Shown here in pieces: positions 35,800-47,348 of a stretch of 64,000 nt of DNA. Source of the DNA: Rhizodiscina lignyota (lineage: Eukaryota); assembly GCA_010015805.1 (NCBI GenBank), contig ML978122.1, positions 592,453 through 656,452 of the forward strand, written 5' to 3'. How positions within the stretch are numbered: the first letter of the stretch is position 1; every line of letters starts with the position of its first letter. Both the position numbers and the translations under genes were made by a program. The notes beneath the pieces were generated by a model. The model saw nothing but the letters and a program-made list of their open reading frames with translations. It made no database searches and was not told the DNA's origin.

Positions 35800-36230
35800 A
35801 GAGGGAGGCTTATAAACCACCTTGCGATAGCTCCGATACCAGTAGTGCTAGCTACCTCGGGCATCGTGCTAGAGGGTAGGGTAGGTACCTGCGATGAGCA
35901 GAAGGACGTGAAGACGCTGCACTTTTACACGGTACGCTACACGGTACACGTACTTCAAGGGCGGGTCGAAAGAAGGCCTGACGGACGACTCCCTGCAGGC
36001 GGTGGCTTGACGGTTGGATAGAAGAGGGCTGAGCAGGGGAACCATGCTTTGACTGAAGGGGATATATAGCAACTGGAACGATTAGCCAGATGAAAATACA
36101 AAGCAAGCACGGTAAAGTCGCGCGATTCTAGTAAATATACTCTAAACTATTCGTTATCAAAGCTCTACACATGATCTCGCTGGCCTTGAGGAATAACATC
36201 ATCTTAACTCGGAATGTTACAGGTCCGTAG
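35800..36230 (+). pseudogene. Decayed tandem duplicate of exon 2 and 3' flank of paralogue D
   Basis: HLAIAPIPVVLATSGIVLE...KDVKTLHFYTVRYT; DNA repeat with ~441-443 bp period including the 3' flank AAAGCAAGCACGG..AAGTCGCGC.ATTCT.GTAAA.ATAC. Confidence 0.8.
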
Positions 36231-36308
36231 AGAGAGGTGAGACTGAAGGAAACGTGATTCAGGATATGGTACAACTGAGGATATACATACAAAATCCGGT
36301 GGCAGCTT

Positions 36309-37645
36309 TCATCTGTACCGCGCGCCATCCTTTTTCTTATATCTCATCGGCGTTATTGGCGCCTTCTTAAACTCAATATCCGCGCCCTCGATGCCATTCC
36401 TCTCCATGACGTCCTTCGTCGTCTCGTCCCATGACGTTCTGAACATCGTGACGCCGATTGGCTTGAGCGGGAACTGGCTTACAAGCCTCCTCATTGTGAA
36501 CGTGTTCCTCGTATACTTCTCAGACAGAGCATTCTTGTCAATAGTCACGTCCTCTGGTTGCTGAAGAATCCACACACTGAGACGATGCCAGGGACTTCCC
36601 TTCTGAGCGTGTGGCGGATACCACGGCATCACTGTGCTCTCTTGCGCCACCTCACCCAAATCAACCACTCCAGAAGTAGGACTGACCCGAACGTTCGTGA
36701 ACAGCGCATGGCATCGATGATCAAAGTCGTCCTCTTCCACATTCGGGACGTCCGAGTCCACGACTGCGATCGTGACAAGCCGCTCGCCTTGGTCAAAGGC
36801 CTGCATACGCAGCGTCGGCGCATGCTCGGTCTTATCTGTGTTCAGTCGCTCGCCGTGCTGCACGCGTTTCCCTTTGAAGGAGATGTTCAATTGGACGATG
36901 GGATCGATTGTCGGTAGCACGTCGGGGATGACATTCATTTGGGTGATGCGCTGCATGACGATCTTGTGTTCGTATGAGCGCCATTTTTGGTCCGCTAGGT
37001 GTCGGTAGACGGGTTTGCTCATGTCGCCTGCATGTCAATTAAGGTCAGCTTCGCCCGTCGAGTCTTATCTGTGAAAGGTGGCTTACCGAAGCCATCCTCG
37101 AACTTCCGCTTTACGAGCGGATCATTGATGTCCGCTTGAACTTTGAGCCATTCCAGATGCTTCCGGCTTAGGAACAAGCTATCCTTGAGGCCCTGTAGCT
37201 TCGTATGGCCGTTCGGATCCTGAGCAGTTTCCACCGTCTTTATCTTTTCTAACAGTTTGGATATTCTTTTCCTCTGCTCTTCAATCTTCTCTACCTTATC
37301 CAATCGATCTTCCGCGAGAACTCTCCGCGCCTCCTGGAAACATTGGTAGGGTAGTTGTTCGAATGGAATATTGCTCGCGTGCTCAAGGGCAGCTCTTCGA
37401 CGGCGTGAGCCAATGACTTTAGGTTGAGATGACACCTGCGACTGTGACGGACTCGATGAAGCTAATATCGCGTCGATGGCGGGTTGAGACAATGTTGATT
37501 GTTGGATATCGACATCGTCTGTTCTCCTCGCGGAGGTGCTGAACGATTTGGAGGCGAGTCTTGAGGATTGCACTCTGGGGCTGAGTACTCTAGAGCATCT
37601 TAAGCAAAGACCAAGTGGTCTCATGCTGCTCTGTAAGGAGGCCAT
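36309..37645 (-). CDS. MRPL35: Mitochondrial large-subunit ribosomal protein mL38 (PEBP domain), 2 exons
   Basis: Arg/Ser-rich targeting peptide; IPFEQLPYQCFQEAR, ADINDPLVKRKFEDG|DMSKPVYRHLA, PDVLP, VVDSDVPN, PPHAQKGSPWHRL. Confidence 0.9.
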
Positions 37646-37860
37646 GGGATACACAATAACTTTGGTATCCGAGCTTCACATTGGACGAGGTCGAAGAAAA
37701 GTTGCGCCAAGCTCAAGCCACGCTGACAGGGGTCTAGTTGAGCCTCATTAATCTCAGATCTCGTGGAGCTTTCCGTACTTCACATAGAATCGGTCGCTTT
37801 ATTCTAGTTAGTTCCTTGAATCGATTCTCTACTTCCTCTCTACCTTAATCCACTCTGAGA

Positions 37861-38670
37861 ATGTTTTGTCCGCACTCAAGAGCACCCCTCGAAGCTCTTT
37901 TCCGTATCTTCGTCCCAAGTCTACACCCATCACCAATTCGCCCAATACAACGCCTTGCACAGGCCCGACGGCGTTCAATTGGGAGCGTCCTCATCCCAAA
38001 TCATTCTTTACAGCTTCGCGATTTTTCTCTTCAGCAAGTCCGGCATTACAAAAGGAGCAGGCCAAACTCTGGTACAGTCGTTCCCGACCGAAACCGACCA
38101 CCATGCGACGAAGAAATTGGCACCACTCGCGTGAATTTGGTCACTTCAGACGGCAGATTCTTGCCGGCGCAACCAATACACCAGATCCTGCGAACATACA
38201 ACCGCGAGACGCATACACTGATGCAGCTCCAAGCTGGTAATCCCGACGCACCTCGTATCGAACAGCAACATTGGCCAGTGGCAAAGATAGTCTCGCACCA
38301 AGAACTACGCGATATAGACGCCAAGAAACGAGAGGCCATCAAACAGCAGAAGAAGACGACGGCAAGCAGCAAGCAGATGGAGCTGAGCTGGGTGATCGGA
38401 GAGAACGATCTGGGCCACCGGCTGAAGAAGATCCGGGAGTTTCTGGAGGAGGGGCGGAAGGTAGAGATTACAGTCACGACGAAGAGGGGGATGAGAGCTG
38501 TCACGGAGAAGGAATGTGCGGGTTTGGTAGCGAAGTTGAGGAGGATACTTGGGACGGTGAATGGGGCGAAGGAATACAAAGAGCCGGAGGGGAGTGTGGG
38601 AAAGATGTATATGATGTTTTGGGAGGCTAAGACTAAGAAGAAAGATCAGAAGACAGAACAGAAGACATGA
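37861..38670 (+). CDS. Mitochondrial translation initiation factor IF3
   Basis: Targeting-like N-terminus; PCDEEI..VNLV (IF3-N-like) and KQMELSWVIGENDLGHRLKKIREFLEEGRKVEI (IF3-C). Confidence 0.8.
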   Translation: MFCPHSRAPLEALFRIFVPSLHPSPIRPIQRLAQARRRSIGSVLIPNHSLQLRDFSLQQVRHYKRSRPNSGTVVPDRNRPPCDEEIGTTRVNLVTSDGRFLPAQPIHQILRTYNRETHTLMQLQAGNPDAPRIEQQHWPVAKIVSHQELRDIDAKKREAIKQQKKTTASSKQMELSWVIGENDLGHRLKKIREFLEEGRKVEITVTTKRGMRAVTEKECAGLVAKLRRILGTVNGAKEYKEPEGSVGKMYMMFWEAKTKKKDQKTEQKT

Positions 38671-38803
38671 TTTTGAAATAGGGATCGCTGTCTATTTGGT
38701 GATATGCTACATGTGAATCTGGAGGATCTCCAATATGTTACAAGAACGTCTCCAGGGACAGTATGGATGCGAATAGAGAAGAGCCATCACTACCGTGAAT
38801 GAT

Positions 38804-39804
38804 TTAGCCACGCCTGGTCCGTCTCACCAAATCACTCTGATGCATCTTCAGCATCCAGTCCAGTGCTCTCTTCTCGACGACCAATCGTCCTGTCTTCAGC
38901 AGGTCCTTAACATCCACATCATCAACCAAGAGCGCTCTCCCTTCCTCTTCTGCGTCTTCCAGTCCACTGAATATACCGACCTTCTCCTCTGCATCCTGCA
39001 AGGACGAAATAATCGTGCTCCTCCTATGTCCCTGCCCCCATCCCAACCTTCCAAAAACCTCCTTAATCCACATCTTTCCTCCTTCCTTCCCCCCAATATT
39101 CAAGCTATCCACGACAATCAACTCCCCCCTCCTGTACCGATAACTCAGCGCCGTCCGCCATGCAATATCATACATCTTCTTCGGCAAATCCGTGCTGAAA
39201 TCCCTCGGCTTGGGCCCAAACGCACGCCCTCCGCCGCGCAGCATGGGACTCTTCTTGTCGCCTAATCGTGCTTTACCAGAACCCTTCTGCGGCCGGATCT
39301 TGCGCCCGCTGCCATGCACCTCGGTGCGCCATTTCGTGCTCGCCGTGCCCTGGCGGGACGCGTCGCCTTCGAATACGACGGCGCGGTAGAGCAGGTCTTT
39401 CCGCGGAGGGAGATATAGGTGTGTGGATGGGTATGTGAGGAAGCGGAGAGGCTCGAGGGTGGGAAAGTCGTAGAGCGTTGTGAGGACGGTTTGGGGGGCC
39501 ACATGTGATGGGACCTGGGCATTGGCAGATACACCACTATCGACACTTCGGCCAAATGAGCCAGACGTTGTGAGGTGGCGTGGTGGTGCGGTTATCGGGT
39601 TGTTTTCGACGACTGGAGGGATTGAGACGTGGGTAGCCATGTGCCGTCTGGACTGCGCATCGGGTCTCTTTTGCTGGATCTGTTAGCTGGTGGTAGCAAA
39701 GTTTTAGGGCCAGAGCTCACATTGCGGAATGTCCTTGAGATAACATTATGCTTCGGCCGAAGGGGAAGAGCATTGAGGCAATGCTCTATTCGTTTAGTAG
39801 CCAT
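38804..39804 (-). CDS. YML6: Mitochondrial ribosomal protein uL4m, 2 exons
   Basis: RQGTASTKWRTEVHGSGRKIRPQKGSGKARLGDKKSPMLRGGGRAFGPKPRDF; AWRTALSYRYRRGEL; a short GTGAGC...GCTAAC..CAG intron joins the presequence exon. Confidence 0.92.
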
Positions 39805-40817
39805 GCGAAGTTGGATGTGCGATTGAAGACTTCGAGGTCTGATTTCACGGATGTTACAGCTCGATTTTGAGCCGGGCCGTCGGCCAATCAGCGTAGCCTG
39901 TTCACGTCCCTACATTTTTCTCCGTGAACCCATCATCTATTTACTGCAACGTTATTGCATTTGTATCATTGCAAACAGAGACGTCTAGACCTACTGCACA
40001 AGCTCAGCAATGATGGTCTGCTTGGTTGGTGCAGCTTCTGCCATTAACATACGAAGGAGCAAGTTTCCTGTGGGCGAACTGTCTACAGAGCCACCTTATT
40101 CCAGACGCCAGCACTTCTAAGGAGCTTTCGCATATTGCTGAGTTCAGATTTGACCTTATTAGGGAGGAGTTTGCCATGCCTGCCTTAGAAGATTTGCTTC
40201 TCGTTGTCGCAGACAAGAGATGTCGTTTGAGGCCTCATTCGCTCAGGAGAAGGTAGCTTCTTCGCAGCCTCACTAGGCATTTTTGCTTGCCTTACTTCAA
40301 TGCTTCAAGCTTTCAAGTATCGCTGCTAGCCTATTGCCTTTTCTAGGTATATTCACCCTAGGTCTCCATTGATTTATAGATTTGAACAGCCGGAGATATC
40401 TGATAAGTCTCGTTTGGCCCATATCTTCTCACCGCTCTTCAAGAACATCAGACCACTCATGGAAAGCCTGTCGTCCGAAGAGCACGATAAAGGGTACGTA
40501 TCTGCTAGGACCTCCTCGGCGCCAAGCCTGGGCTCTGCAAAAGAGGGCATTTAGTTTTTCACCTCCCACTTCTTACGCGCGTTTTTGGCCGGCAAGTGGT
40601 GCTCGATACAGTTACGTGCATATTATTCTGCAAGGCTTTGCTGCTTGCATCCGCCTTTGACCGGCTTGGACTGGGATCCGCCCCACACCCAGCAAAAACC
40701 GACTTTCAGCCTCATCATCTTTCATTTTCTTGCGTTTCTCTCATTCTGCTGATTTCGAGAGGCTGAAGAGTTGCGAGGCGCCTTGACGGAGGGAGCTTGT
40801 GCCATGTCTTGGGCAAG

Positions 40818-43160
40818 ATGAGCGTCGAAGCGCTCCAAGCACAACTACACCAATTAGAAGCGCAGCGCGATGCGTATCTTGAGATATTTAACAGGACTCA
40901 TGCGGCGGTGAGAGATACGCTCGCGCAAGCAGGAGAGGCCCAGGGACGTGGGACGCGGCAATCTCTAGAGCTTCCTGCTTCACCAGCTTCGCCGACTCTT
41001 CAAGCTCCATTTCCGGCCTTGTCTGTGTCGCCTCCACCTTTATCGCGAAAGCATTCAAATATAGGCGGCCATCGCTACGGAGACTCCAATCCAGCCTTCT
41101 CCACTTATGATGCCTCGACGCTCACAGACGATAGTGAGAGTGATGAAGACGAACTATTCTATGTCCGGCAGCATTTACCGACGCAGAGTTTCGACCACGA
41201 GCATCTTCGTGAACATCTAAAGAGCTACAAGTTCGACTGGCATGGCAGACAAATTCTCGCCAACGTCGTCAACGACAAAGGCCGCCTGAAGAATCCGTCC
41301 TTGTTTCCAGCCCATGGTGACACTGTTGAAGACAAGAAGAACTACTCTCACTATCAGGTGTTCGATATTGGCACAGATGGTGTACCAGTGGTTGTCACGA
41401 CCTCAAGTGATTTCGATAAAAATGCTCCAAGAGCAAAACAGATATGGCTCGCTATCAAGGACATCAATGCCAGTTTGAAGGATGACGACGATCATGCTGT
41501 CGGCCGCATCACGTATGTCAGCATCACCCCTTTGCCCAATTTGGTCTCACACACAGCAGCATTGCTCGCGAACCGAGCCCGATCCTGTTCGGAGCTCTCC
41601 ATTTGACCTACAATAGCATGTTCGACATGGACGAGCTGTTCCGGCACTTGGTTGAGTCTGAAGCCTCCTCAGTTCACCTCTACCGCGCCTTCGATGATGA
41701 CGAACGACGGCGGAGATCGTTTGTATTCAACTTTGAGTATTACACCATTATCGGAGACGAAAGACAGCCCATGGCATGGCAGCTCGCCGATCTGAATACA
41801 GCGGTGTCTGAGAGCCATCTGCCACTCAGTCGATGCAGTTCTGTCGTGGCACTTACTTTATACGGCAATCCGATTAAGAAGATTCGCAACTCTGCTCGGC
41901 GCGCGAAGAAGCGAGACGGCTCAATCTACGATCCATGGGGTGCATGGCAGGTCATCAACATCCAATGCTATCCAGATTGGAAAGCCAAGACCGACGTCCA
42001 CGAGGCATCGAAGCGCTATGTCAATGGGCCTGAAGCGTTCCTATTCACTGTGCTGGGAGAGTTTAAGGATGCGCAAAAGCGGTTTGAAGAGATTTACCGG
42101 CAGATTAGTAAACTTATCACACCGCCGTTAGACTTTATATTCAACGAAGACGCCCGCAATAGGAGACTTTTCGAAGATAAGGACTTCACCTACACGCGCC
42201 GCTATTTCTGGGCCCACCAGACCCTCGGAACAATGAACGACGCCATCCAAGCCATGATCGACGCGTACGAAGACAATTTCACGGAAGAGCTTTGGGACGG
42301 CCGGCATAAGACTCTCTGGCCACTGAGCGACAGCGACCAGTCTGGCCGTAACGAATACTGGAAGAAGCGCTTGCGCAATCTCAAGATGGCTTTCACCCGC
42401 GAGATTGCCTCATTACGCACGCTACAGAAGGAGAACAACGATCGCCGCGCGGAGATCAGGTTCCTGCGCGATCAGCTATTTTCCGGCACGAGTGTCATGG
42501 AATCGAGGAAGAGCGTGGAGCTGTCTGAGATCACGATACAGCAAGGTCGGAATATTAAAGTGCTCACTCTGGTGAACATATTCTTCCTGCCGCTTACTTT
42601 CGTTACTAGCGTATATGGTAAGTCGACCAAGCAATTGAAATATTGAAGAGCGCTAATAGGAGTCAGGAATGACTAACATGCCTACCGAACATCGGTATTG
42701 GATGTTTGGCGTTACGATTACAACGATCTGTGTGCCGTTTTTCCTCCTGATTCTCATGCTTAATAGCAACAAGGGCTACCATTGGTGGGGGCTGAAGCTT
42801 AAGACCTTTCGGGTGTGGAAAAGCAAGCGCAAGCACCAGAAGCGTTCCAAGGACGGCATTGAAGAAGGAGAAGAAGAAGAAGAAGAAGAAGAAGCTGACG
42901 AACCCAGGAAGAAGAAAGATCCGAACTTGGAGCGCAGTTGGTCGGCGCAGCGAGGGATGGAGTTCAGGCTGGGCCAACAGAAGCCGAATAATATGCCAAG
43001 ACGGTATACAGTGGTGGATGTGAGGACGCAGGATCAGGAGAAAGAACCTAAAGAGGCCACGACGCCGCTGCCCACAGTCGAGACCATGGCGGGTGAGCAG
43101 AGCGAGAGCTCATCTTCACAACCTGTCCAGGAGGAAGAGAAGGGACCGTTGGAGAGATGA
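40818..43160 (+). CDS. CorA-like membrane protein (two C-terminal TM helices), 3 exons
   Basis: SVMESRKSV...QQGRNIKVLTLVNIFFLPLTFVTSVYG|MTNM followed by a second hydrophobic helix (FGVTITTICVPFFLLILML). Confidence 0.8.
42870..42893 (+). repeat. (GAA)8 microsatellite encoding poly-Glu
   Basis: Direct read of eight GAA units. Confidence 0.95.
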
Positions 43161-43482
43161 GACGATTTTCATGTTGGTATGATTTCACGACTTGTATGTT
43201 GTCTTATGAGCGACGAGCATGAGCGATGAGCGACGAGCGCACGAGCATTTTCTGGAACTTGTAATTTGCACACTCTATGGACATTGAATTAGTCAATCGT
43301 GAAGATGTACATAATGGATGATGAATGCTGGGGATATCAATCAGGGTCATAGCAAGCGGCGTCAAGGATTTCGTCACACGTAGAAGGAAAGAGAAGGAAC
43401 AGTTCCCACAAAACCCAATGCAGAACCGAAACCGAGCGAAGGTGAACCGTGATGAGGGAAAAAATGCAAGTGGCCCTCCATC

Positions 43483-45531
43483 TCAAAGCGCCTGTCCAAC
43501 ACCATAGTCGTCCCCATCGTACGGCTCTGCGGCCGGCTGCGCGCCGCTGTAATACCTCGCTCTACCCCTCTGCCTCTCGTCCTCCATCTTTCTTCTCTCG
43601 TCCTCGATGAGATCGTTCAAGCTCACCCTCCTCCCACTCTCGAACTTCTTCCCTCCCGCACCTTGACCAGCCCCTTGCCCATATCCACCACCCCGCCCAT
43701 TCCCACTCCCCGATGAACTCCCCGAGTCCCTTCCGCCCTGCCACGCCGCCTCCGCACTATGATACGGCCTCAGCGCCGCATCGTCCCTCCGCACGGGCTG
43801 GAAATCGTGGTACGTAATCCCCTTTGGCGGCAGGCGTGGATTCTCCACCGAACGTCGCCACATCACGGGGATAGCGCCACTGTTACTATCTCCAACATCT
43901 TGCTCGCCCTGCAGAGCACGTAGCGCGGGGCTGTTCTGTCGTTTGTTTACGCTCTCGGTGCTAGAGTCGCTGGGAGGTGTGTTGGAGAAGCTGAGGCGGG
44001 CGGGCGAGCGGGTGGGGATGTCGGGGGGTGTTCCGGAGCGGCGGTGGCGGTGGACCGCCCCTAGTGCTGCTGGGGGTGCGCCAATTCCGCTGTCGTGGAG
44101 ATTCGCTGCGGCAATGGCTCGTCGGTATGGGTCGTCCGGGTCGTAATCCGGCATCTCGATTTTGTAGCTGTCGTCACGATGAACGCCGGGACGGTCGGTG
44201 TGTCCTCCGTTTCCATTGTGATGACGGCGGTTGGCAAGCGCTGCTCCGGCGAAGATGCCTGCTGCTGTGCCGCCGTTGTCGCTCAAGAGAGGTTCGTTTG
44301 AGGGTCTTCGTCCGCCTGCAGCGGGACGAACGGCGGCGAATGATGGAGAAGGCAGTTCAACTGGATCTGGACTTAGTGGGCTGACGATACCAGACTTGTA
44401 ACCATTCCCATGCTTGTCCATGCTACTCCTGTGGTTGAGGAGTGTAGACTCAGCAGATGGGTCTTCGGGAGGACTTGTAGCCGGAACTGGCTTGCGTTGG
44501 ATGATGCTGTGTCGCTTTGGTGGTGTGGTTTCTGTTGGTAGCTCGAAGCTCTCCTTTCGAGGAGGGCGATGGCCACTGTGATGCTTCATCGCTGCAGCGC
44601 CCAAAGCAGCACCTCCGGCTCCGATCGCTATCTCCTTGCCCAAGTCGTGGTCTTGATTGTTTGGTGCCCATGCCCCAGGGTTACCACGATGCGCCGGGTG
44701 TATGAAAGAAGACCGTGACGACCGTTTACCTACAGCACTGTATGGTCGTTGGCCAGGAACAGCACCGTCTGTGAGACCGGGTCGGCTATTCGGAGCAGTC
44801 CGTCTCGGAGGTGGAGGCACTGGAACAAAGGGATTATGATGCCTGTTGTGCATGCTCCTGTCAGCCATGGGTACAGCTGCCGCGGCCATGGCATTGTCGT
44901 GCCCTCCCGTAGGCCCTGCGTCTCCTGTATGCCCCGGAAGATCTAGTCTACTGCCAGTGCTGAGGCGCCAGTTTTCGACCTCTGCATCTGTAGGCGCATC
45001 TCCACGGTGCGAACGTCTTCGCCGACGTCGAAGACAGAGCAGTACGATCAGTATCAGTAGTCCAAGAACAACCGCACCAAGGATGGATCCCACGATGATG
45101 GCTACGAGGTTTCCATTGCCTTTGTTCGAAGAGTCCGGTGTAGTCGATGAAGAGGAAACAGCCAGTTGGGTAGAGCTGGCCAAAGAGGATATCGTCGGTT
45201 TTGACGAGTGAGTCGAAGATCTGGACGATGTTCTTGACGATGTGCTGGACGATGTACTTGACGTGCTCGAAGTGCTAGAGGTACTCGTGGATGAAGTTGA
45301 CGAGGACGTCGTGCTCGCAGAAGTACTCGCCGGAGTTGTCGTGGAGGTATCGGCAAGAAGAGATGTGAGCTCGGTGTACATCGAAACCACCTCCGAAGAA
45401 ACGCCTGTGAAGATTGAAACGGCTTCAGAAGCGATATCATCCAGCACCTGCCTCCTGTCGTCGGCGTCCACTCTTCTGATGTACATCTTGGGACTGGCGA
45501 GCCAGAAAGCCAGAATGATAATCCAATCCAT
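43483..45531 (-). CDS. Single-pass membrane protein with Ser/Thr-rich ectodomain (Mid2-like architecture)
   Basis: Ser/Thr tract, then LVAIIVGSILGAVVLGLLILIVLLCL-RRRRRR and a long disordered tail. Start Met uncertain (45531 or 45486). Confidence 0.8.
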   Translation of the reverse strand: MDWIIILAFWLASPKMYIRRVDADDRRQVLDDIASEAVSIFTGVSSEVVSMYTELTSLLADTSTTTPASTSASTTSSSTSSTSTSSTSSTSSTSSSTSSRTSSRSSTHSSKPTISSLASSTQLAVSSSSTTPDSSNKGNGNLVAIIVGSILGAVVLGLLILIVLLCLRRRRRRSHRGDAPTDAEVENWRLSTGSRLDLPGHTGDAGPTGGHDNAMAAAAVPMADRSMHNRHHNPFVPVPPPPRRTAPNSRPGLTDGAVPGQRPYSAVGKRSSRSSFIHPAHRGNPGAWAPNNQDHDLGKEIAIGAGGAALGAAAMKHHSGHRPPRKESFELPTETTPPKRHSIIQRKPVPATSPPEDPSAESTLLNHRSSMDKHGNGYKSGIVSPLSPDPVELPSPSFAAVRPAAGGRRPSNEPLLSDNGGTAAGIFAGAALANRRHHNGNGGHTDRPGVHRDDSYKIEMPDYDPDDPYRRAIAAANLHDSGIGAPPAALGAVHRHRRSGTPPDIPTRSPARLSFSNTPPSDSSTESVNKRQNSPALRALQGEQDVGDSNSGAIPVMWRRSVENPRLPPKGITYHDFQPVRRDDAALRPYHSAEAAWQGGRDSGSSSGSGNGRGGGYGQGAGQGAGGKKFESGRRVSLNDLIEDERRKMEDERQRGRARYYSGAQPAAEPYDGDDYGVGQAL

Positions 45532-46914
45532 GGTCGAGTGGCGAATATAAAGGCTCCGGGTAAGGCAACTGCGAGGCAAAATGTCCGACCACGGGCAAGT
45601 CAGAACAGGGCAGAAGTGAACAACGCCGTAAGTTTTATGAGAGGATTGCAGTCCAGGTAGAAATCATGCTGAACGGAGAGCCAATGGTCAAGCCGTGGCG
45701 TCGTTGAAAGGAAGCAGACATGTTTTGGCAAGAAGGAAAGGTGAAGAGAAAATATGAGATCCTGAAGACGCATCTGCAGGGTATGTATCACCACAACGGC
45801 CGCTAGTAGCCTAAACGCAAGCTATGGCGGTGCAAATGTTCTGGACAATGTAAAGTAGGGGGAGATCATTTCCTCATCTCCTCCCACTTTGTGTTTGGAC
45901 AGACAGATTGGTAGGTACAGCGGTTGCATCCGCGTCAATCATGAAGTCTTGGAGGCCTCAAGCGAGCCATAAGCTGCAGATCCTTGCGAATCCAAGGTCA
46001 CGGTTAATGGATCTATAGATCATGATTTGCTGCCAGTGTAGATCGACCCGCGTTGTCAACGCGGCCGATGAGCCGGCTCAGGGACGTTGGGCTGGTGTGG
46101 CTGGTGAGGACACGCGAAGATGGCGGTGCAAATGGGATTTCGAATCCCGAGAGTAGGTGGAGGTGGCCAATTTCTGAGGATCAGAGACAGCTGATTGGAC
46201 AATTGAAGCGGGTAAAAAAGTACTTGGAAGCGCGGGAGGAATGGAGTTGTCAATCTAGTGCGGACTTCTGCAGCCCAAACAGGTTTTGTACCTGGCAGCA
46301 TGCCGCCTGGCCCTGTCGTACCGAACGATTAAAGGGTCTCAAAAGGCCTTGAAACGGCAAATTTTTGTTGAACCGTAGACGAAGGGGCCATTTCACTCTG
46401 CAGGTACGAAATAGAGGGAGGATAGGTGGCCGTCTCTCAGTGGAATTCTTGAGATCAGGGCTGAAGTTCATGCAAACTTAAAAAAAGGTCATGTTCGCAG
46501 CTGAAGAATCTAGTATGAGCGGGACGGGAGTAGGACGAGCTTTCCACAAGGTCCGGCAACAACGAAAAGATGACGAATGCGAGAAATCGAGGACGCTCTG
46601 GATCTGGGGGATGTCGATGATCATGGTGGGTTCGGGGACGACGAAGCGACGTCGCGAGGCTGCTGCGGATGTGATCAGCGGTGCACAGCCACCGTCGTAT
46701 CTATGCACGTGATACGATGGCTTCAACGCCACCTGAGAGTGGCTTGCAGGGCAGTCCTGGCTGGTGCGGGAATTTCGAATGCACGCGAATCATGATCTCA
46801 GCTGATGACATTTTCGATTTTGCTCTCTGTATGGATATTCCATATCAATGAGACTTTACAAACGATAGGGTACAGATTGTACACAATGATACACATTGTG
46901 ATGTACTTTTACAG

Positions 46915-46986
46915 ATGTAAATGCAAATGCAGATCTGAAATGCAAATTGCTAAATGCAGCGCTAAATGCCATGCAAATGCAAATTC
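46915..46986. repeat. AAATGC-type microsatellite-like array
   Basis: AAATGCAAATGCAGATCTGAAATGCAAATTGCTAAATGCAGCGCTAAATGCCATGCAAATGCAAATT. Confidence 0.75.
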
Positions 46987-47348
46987 AACATTAACGTGCA
47001 GACCAGCTGCTTGGTGCAACAATGTAGACGAAACCAGTTCGATTTGAGACAAGCGACTGTTTTACGAAAAGAGAAAAAAACAGCATGCAAGATAGAGAGT
47101 GGTCATCGATTCCGTTCCGTCATGAAAAATAGCCATGTCCATCATCCAGTGTCATGCCCTTTTAAGTGAGAGAAAACGAAAAACGAAATCAACTATCCGA
47201 AATGGGACTCGCCATGAAAGGCGGGATTAGAATTAAAGAAAGGAAGAAGAGGAAATTGGTCTGAGAAAGGAGATCCACCAAGCCATCACCAACGCCTCAG
47301 TCTCGGGTACATAGACAAAGGAAAAATAAGTGGCTGTCAGCCGGGTAT

